From contig JBKBYA010000002.1 of the NCBI GenBank assembly GCA_046313635.1, positions 224,001-288,000 of the forward strand: a stretch of DNA of 64,000 nucleotides, in the 5' to 3' direction. Position 1 is the stretch's first letter. Every line of letters starts with the position of its first letter. The stretch comes from Pyrinomonadaceae bacterium (GTDB taxonomy: Bacteria > Acidobacteriota > Blastocatellia > Pyrinomonadales > Pyrinomonadaceae). Positions 59,574-64,000 of the stretch are shown piece after piece. The position numbers and the translations under genes were made by a program. The notes beneath the pieces are model-generated. The model worked only from the letters and a program-made list of their open reading frames with translations, had not been told where the DNA came from and searched no databases.

Positions 59574-60974
59574 TTACTTACGCTTCCAACGCACGCCGTC
59601 CTTCGTGTCTTCGAGGATGATGCCTTTTGCGGCCAGGAGGTCGCGGATCTCGTCGGAGCGGGCAAAGTTGCGCTCGCGGCGTGCCTTTTGGCGTTCCTCG
59701 ACGAGGGCCTCGATCTCGCTGTCGAGCGTCTCGGCCTCCTCGTCGCCAAAGATCCCTAGCACGGCGTCGAATTTCTCGATCGCGTCCAGCACCGAGGCCC
59801 GTTCGTCCGCGCACAACCGCCCGGCCGCGAGTGCCGTGTTGATCTCGCGAACGAGATTATGAACCGCGGCGAGCGCGGCCGAGGTGTTCAGGTCGTCGTC
59901 CATCGCCGCTTCAAATTCCGACAAGGCGCGGTCGACGGTCTCTGCGACGACCGGATCAGAGCCGCTGCCGGCCCGAGCGTCCCTGACGAGCCGGCGAAAG
60001 TTGCGCAGCCGCTCGACCGTGCTCTCGGCTCCCTGCAGGCCCTCGAACGTGAAATTCAACTGTTTGCGATACGGCACCGACAGCAGCAGATAGCGGATCG
60101 CGAGCGGCGAGTAGCCCTGCTCGCGCAGGTCGCGAAAGGTGAAAAAGTTTCCTTTCGACTTTGACATCGTGACGTCGTCGATCTTGAGAAATTCGCTGTG
60201 GATCCAGTACCGCGCAAACTGCTTGCCGGTCGCTCCTTCGCTCTGCGCGATCTCGTTCTCATGATGCGGGAACTGCAGGTCCATTCCGCCGGCGTGCAGG
60301 TCAAAGGTCTCGCCGAGATACTTCATCGACATCGCCGAACACTCGATGTGCCAGCCCGGGCGCCCGCGTCCGAATGGCGCGTCCCAGCCCGGCTCCTCGC
60401 CCTCGGGGACGAGCTTCCAGAGCGCAAAGTCGCGAGCGTCCTCCTTGTCGTACTTGTCGGTATCGACGCGCTCGCTGCCGCCGGCGATGTTGCCCGAGAA
60501 GTTGATCTTGGACAGCTTGCCGTACTCGGGAAAGGCCGAGATGCGGTAGTAGATCGAGCCGTCGGACTCGTACGCCTTGCCGTTGGCGATAAGCTTCTCG
60601 ATGATGTCGATCATCTCGGCGAGGTGCTGCGTCGCACGCGGCGTGACCTCGGGCCGCTCGTTGCCGAGCGCGTCAAAGTCTTCCCAAAAATACTGAATGT
60701 ACGGGGCAGTGAACTCGTCGATGCTTATATTGCGCGCCGCCGCCTCCTTGATGATGCGGTCGTCGATATCCGTCAGGTTGAAGACATGCGTGACCTCGAG
60801 GCCCTTGAATTTGAGATATCGCCGCAGCACGTCGCCAAAGATGAACGTGCGAAAGTTGCCGATGTGCGCAAAGTTCCAGACCGTCGGGCCGCAGATGTAC
60901 ATCCTGACCTTGCCCGGCTCGATCGGACGAAACTCCTCGACCTGTCGCGATAGCGTATTAAAAAAACGAAGCAT
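59574..60974 (-). CDS. cysS: Cysteine--tRNA ligase
   Basis: MYICGPTV, HIGN, DFALWK, GRPGWHIECSAM, FPHHENEIAQS, MSKS. Confidence 0.97.
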   Translation of the reverse strand: MLRFFNTLSRQVEEFRPIEPGKVRMYICGPTVWNFAHIGNFRTFIFGDVLRRYLKFKGLEVTHVFNLTDIDDRIIKEAAARNISIDEFTAPYIQYFWEDFDALGNERPEVTPRATQHLAEMIDIIEKLIANGKAYESDGSIYYRISAFPEYGKLSKINFSGNIAGGSERVDTDKYDKEDARDFALWKLVPEGEEPGWDAPFGRGRPGWHIECSAMSMKYLGETFDLHAGGMDLQFPHHENEIAQSEGATGKQFARYWIHSEFLKIDDVTMSKSKGNFFTFRDLREQGYSPLAIRYLLLSVPYRKQLNFTFEGLQGAESTVERLRNFRRLVRDARAGSGSDPVVAETVDRALSEFEAAMDDDLNTSAALAAVHNLVREINTALAAGRLCADERASVLDAIEKFDAVLGIFGDEEAETLDSEIEALVEERQKARRERNFARSDEIRDLLAAKGIILEDTKDGVRWKRK

Positions 60975-61001
60975 ATTTACCGTCGAATAATTAAATTCAA
61001 A

Positions 61002-61469
61002 TCATACCTGAATTCGGTCTCGTTCATCATTCGCGGCCGCTGCGGCCGATGGCTCGTCGACCAGGTCGGGCTCGACGTACCGGCTGCGGGCCTCGTCCGA
61101 AAACAGCAGCTCGCGCGAATAGGATCGGAGCGGGTAGTCCTTATCAAACTCCCGCAGCAGCTCGGCGGCGACCTCGGGCATCGACGACTCCTCGCGCCCC
61201 GCGATCCGCGCGGCGATGGTCCGCATCCAAAAGACGGTCAGCGTCTCGTGATACGGCATCTCTTTTGAAAGGTCGACGCCGAAGCCGCGGGTAAGCAGGT
61301 TGAAGATCCCGTCCCGCATTCTGTCGATCGCCTCCTCCAGGTCGTGATGCCGCAGGTAGTACATCCCGACGACGAGATGCTCGGCGTGCTTCCATTCGTC
61401 ACGCGTAATGGTCGCGTCCTCGAATGAACGCACCAGTCTCTCTATATCTTTTTCATCTTTGTATCTCAT
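61002..61469 (-). CDS. Conserved hypothetical protein with His motifs
   Basis: WKHAEHL, YHETLTVFW, YSRELLFS..AR..YVEPD; start overlaps the upstream stop (TAATG). Confidence 0.7.
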   Translation of the reverse strand: MRYKDEKDIERLVRSFEDATITRDEWKHAEHLVVGMYYLRHHDLEEAIDRMRDGIFNLLTRGFGVDLSKEMPYHETLTVFWMRTIAARIAGREESSMPEVAAELLREFDKDYPLRSYSRELLFSDEARSRYVEPDLVDEPSAAAAANDERDRIQV

Positions 61470-62026
61470 TAACCCTCCTGTGCGATCTCGGCCAGCGCAA
61501 ACCGCCGAATGATCAGTCTCGCCGCATCGTCGGGCGAAATATCCGACGTGTCGATCCGCAGCGTTTCATGCTCGAGGTCCGGGTGCGGCGACGTCAGTTC
61601 GAAGCGCTGCTTCGAGCGATCGACGACCGCCGCGGGGTCGGTCAGCTTTCGCAAGCGTAGGCGCGATTCCTCGACGATCCGCTCGCGTCTGACGTCATCG
61701 CGGCAGTCGAGCAGAACGGCGTGCACCGTCCCGCCGTTATCTGTCGCGGCGCTGACGAGCTCTCTGAAATACGCGTCGTCCGGCCCTCTGCCGTAGCAGA
61801 ACGTGTGGATCAGATCGATGCCCCGGCGCGCGGCCTCGGCGATGACCACGCATCTCAGCCTGACGTTGATCTGCCAAAACGCTTCGGTACCAAACTCAAA
61901 TACCGGCCGCGTGCAGTCGATCGTCAGGTGGTTATGAAAGACCTTGAATCCCGTCCGCTCGGCCACAGCGTTGGCGACGGTAAGTTTGCCGACGGCCGGC
62001 GGGCCGTGAATGACGATCAATTTCAT
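61469..62026 (-). CDS. P-loop kinase-like AAA family protein
   Basis: N-terminal Walker A HGPPAVGKLT and FHNHL; GGAGG RBS. Confidence 0.8.
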   Translation of the reverse strand: MKLIVIHGPPAVGKLTVANAVAERTGFKVFHNHLTIDCTRPVFEFGTEAFWQINVRLRCVVIAEAARRGIDLIHTFCYGRGPDDAYFRELVSAATDNGGTVHAVLLDCRDDVRRERIVEESRLRLRKLTDPAAVVDRSKQRFELTSPHPDLEHETLRIDTSDISPDDAARLIIRRFALAEIAQEG

Positions 62027-62048
62027 ATGTCGTGACCTCCTTTCCGGT

Positions 62049-62085
62049 AAAAATAAAAACGACCGCGGATCGCGTCCGCGGTCGT
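62049..62085 (-). terminator. Intrinsic terminator of the HNH gene
   Basis: 11-bp stem acgaccgcgga / tccgcggtcgt with an A-rich run to the left. Confidence 0.7.
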
Positions 62086-62122
62086 CTGAAATGTACGACG
62101 GGCACGAGCCCTTAGTTCAAGT

Positions 62123-62686
62123 TCATGCGGCGACGACCTCCAGCTCGTCTTGTTCCATCGGCTGGTCCATAAAGAGATACTTTCTCCATGCAGGACGCGA
62201 CTCGGCGTAGTGGCAGAGCAGCACATGGTCGAGACCGAGGCGAAGCAGCTTTTGCGAGGTCAGCAGCGGCATTCGCGCCTGCTCGGGCGTGCGGTTGCCT
62301 TTTCGCTGGTTGCACTTTACACACGCGGTCACCAGATTCTGCGGCATGCTTTCGCCGCCCTGGGCCCTCGGCAGAATGTGATCGAGCGTAAGGTCCTTGG
62401 CGTGACGATGTTCGCCGCAGTACTGGCAGCGATAGCGGTCGCGAATATAGATACGGGCCCGCTTCATCGTCGTCTCGCGATTCTTGCGTTTGACGTGAAT
62501 GTAATGCCGGAGCCTGACGACCGACGGCACGGGAAAAGTGGTTGACGGAGAATGGAGGACGTTGTCACCGTCGGTCTCTTCGATAAAGACCGCGCCGCGA
62601 AACCACAGGCACACGGCCCGCGCGACACCGACCGTCCCGAGCGGCTCATACGAAAAGTTCAGCAATAGTACTCTTCCCGTAAGCAA
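62123..62686 (-). CDS. HNH endonuclease (McrA-like, zinc-binding)
   Basis: Probable TTG start 62686 after AGGAGG; VLLLNFSYEPL, PSVVRL, RDRYRCQYCG, TLDHILPRAQGG, NLVTACVKCNQRKG. Confidence 0.88.
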   Translation of the reverse strand: MLTGRVLLLNFSYEPLGTVGVARAVCLWFRGAVFIEETDGDNVLHSPSTTFPVPSVVRLRHYIHVKRKNRETTMKRARIYIRDRYRCQYCGEHRHAKDLTLDHILPRAQGGESMPQNLVTACVKCNQRKGNRTPEQARMPLLTSQKLLRLGLDHVLLCHYAESRPAWRKYLFMDQPMEQDELEVVAA

Positions 62687-62744
62687 ACCGATATGTCCTC
62701 CTTTTGTTAGATGTAATGTACGGTAAAACCGCGATAAGTGGCAA

Positions 62745-62791
62745 GCACAATATATTGCTGCCAGATAATTTTGTCGGCCAATATATTGGCC
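62745..62791. promoter_or_regulatory. Tandem NrdR-box-like palindromes
   Basis: gcaCAATATATTGctg (62745-62760) and ggcCAATATATTGgcc (62776-62791), 31 bp apart; the core matches the NrdR consensus acaCwAtATaTwGtg. Confidence 0.6.
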
Positions 62792-62927
62792 GGCCTGCGG
62801 AGTCGATCGGGCGTTTTTTCGCCGCCGGACCGCACCTTCGCCGCGTCTGGACAACTTGGCCGCGGCTTCATTAAATTATTTCCTTGCAAACTCGCGTAAC
62901 AATGAAAATTTGAATATTGGAACGACT

Positions 62928-63287
62928 ATGAATTCACGAACCGTTCGCGACTTTAAGGTCCCAACCGATATTTGGAAATTTGTTGACGATTGGGCCCGGA
63001 CCGAGGGCTTTGAGCTCGCCGCCAACGGCGATCGCCGCCTTTACAAGAAAGAATTCGGCAAATTCTCGCCCTCGTCCTGGGTCGAGATCCGCGAAAGCGG
63101 AGGCGACGTCCACCTCGAGGCTTGGCTGCACAACCCGCCGGCCGCACGGGCGCTGACGCTATTTACGACGCCCGAGGAGCTGCCGGTAGATTCGAGCGGC
63201 CCGCAAAAGGCGCTTGTTGCCCGCAACATCTCGCGTGACCGCGTCAATCGTCTGCTCATCAAGCTTGGGCAGCCGTTGATCTCGTAA
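62928..63287 (+). CDS. Hypothetical protein (119 aa)
   Basis: Coding-like ORF from ATG 62928, divergent from the HNH gene. Confidence 0.6.
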   Translation: MNSRTVRDFKVPTDIWKFVDDWARTEGFELAANGDRRLYKKEFGKFSPSSWVEIRESGGDVHLEAWLHNPPAARALTLFTTPEELPVDSSGPQKALVARNISRDRVNRLLIKLGQPLIS

Positions 63288-63311
63288 TTCGAGAGGCCGG
63301 CGCTCGTCGAG

Positions 63312-64000
63312 CTAGAAATGCCTGTAACCCTCGCTCCGCGGCTCGAACCGGCGGCCGTGGAGAGTGATCTCGATCACACCCGCGTCCGACGTGACGGTGC
63401 CGATCCGCGAAACGTCTTTCGGGGCGAGTCGTGCGATCTCGGCTTCGGAGGCTGTGAACAAAAGCTCAAAGTCCTCGCCGCCGCCGAGAGCAAGCTCGAT
63501 CGTCTCGCGCTCGTCGTGCCCGAGGGCATTGAGGCCTTCGTCGATCGGGAGCGATTCCGCCTTGAGCTCGGCCCCGACGCCGCTCGAAGCGCATAGGTGA
63601 GCGAGATCTGAATAAAGCCCGTCGCTGATGTCGATCATCGATGTCGCGGCCCGGGCATCTTGAAGAAGCAGGCCCAGCTCGACCCGCGGTGCCGGACGGA
63701 CCTGACGCTCGATCAGTGCCCGCTGCGGTGGATCGGCATTCTCGTAGAGACCGCCCGACTCCAGGATCTTTAGCCCGCCCGCCGCACCGCCAAGTTTGCC
63801 GCTGACAAAGATCGCGTCGCCCGGCCGCGCTCCCGAACGCCGCACCGCACGCCCCGCGGGAACGACCCCGGCTGCGACCGAATCGATCACCAATCTATCG
63901 GAGGTGCGAGAGACGTCGCCGCCTACGAGCTCGACGCCGAAGCGGGCCGCAAGCTCATGCCAGCCGGCGTAGAACCGGTCAAGAAAATCCGTAGCCCAGA
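63312..64000 (-). CDS. thiL: Thiamine-monophosphate kinase (5' part outside the window)
   Basis: LVGGDVS, RSGARPGDAIFVSGKLG, MIDISDGLYSDL, GGEDFELLFT; frame open to the window edge. Confidence 0.92.
   Translation of the reverse strand, partial: WATDFLDRFYAGWHELAARFGVELVGGDVSRTSDRLVIDSVAAGVVPAGRAVRRSGARPGDAIFVSGKLGGAAGGLKILESGGLYENADPPQRALIERQVRPAPRVELGLLLQDARAATSMIDISDGLYSDLAHLCASSGVGAELKAESLPIDEGLNALGHDERETIELALGGGEDFELLFTASEAEIARLAPKDVSRIGTVTSDAGVIEITLHGRRFEPRSEGYRHF

Noticed and set aside
60140..60180. CysRS KMSKS motif reads TMSKS
   Set aside because: The critical second Lys and all other motifs are intact, so this is treated as ordinary variation and not a pseudogene.

Overview
GC-rich diderm bacterial chromosome segment. 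It is probably Acidobacteriota (Blastocatellia/Pyrinomonadaceae-like), inferred from the style of the secreted proteins and not from a database search. The left end carries two very large repeat-built surface proteins: a partial fibre-like protein with a C-terminal S74 autocleaving chaperone, and a ~3,190-aa beta-helix/Ig/Calx-beta protein. Housekeeping genes make up most of the rest (yraN, a B12 acyl-CoA mutase large subunit, an NtrC-type regulator, lptD, ilvE, lpxB, lpxD, pdhABC, dsbD, cysS, partial thiL). The best candidate for an undescribed system is a tight six-gene minus-strand operon (26620-36046) with no classical signal peptides. It encodes an unknown 213-aa protein, a two-domain phage-like peptidoglycan hydrolase, a papain-family protease, an EEP nuclease/phosphatase and two membrane-bound patatin phospholipases. 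Other notable signals are tandem NrdR-box-like palindromes upstream of an HNH nuclease, isobutyryl-CoA-mutase-type residues in the mutase, a cysteine dioxygenase with the eukaryote-type Cys-Tyr pair, two REPIN-like elements, heptamer repeats inside a protein linker and several apparently leaderless genes. No rRNA, tRNA, CRISPR array, integrase or transposase was recognised.
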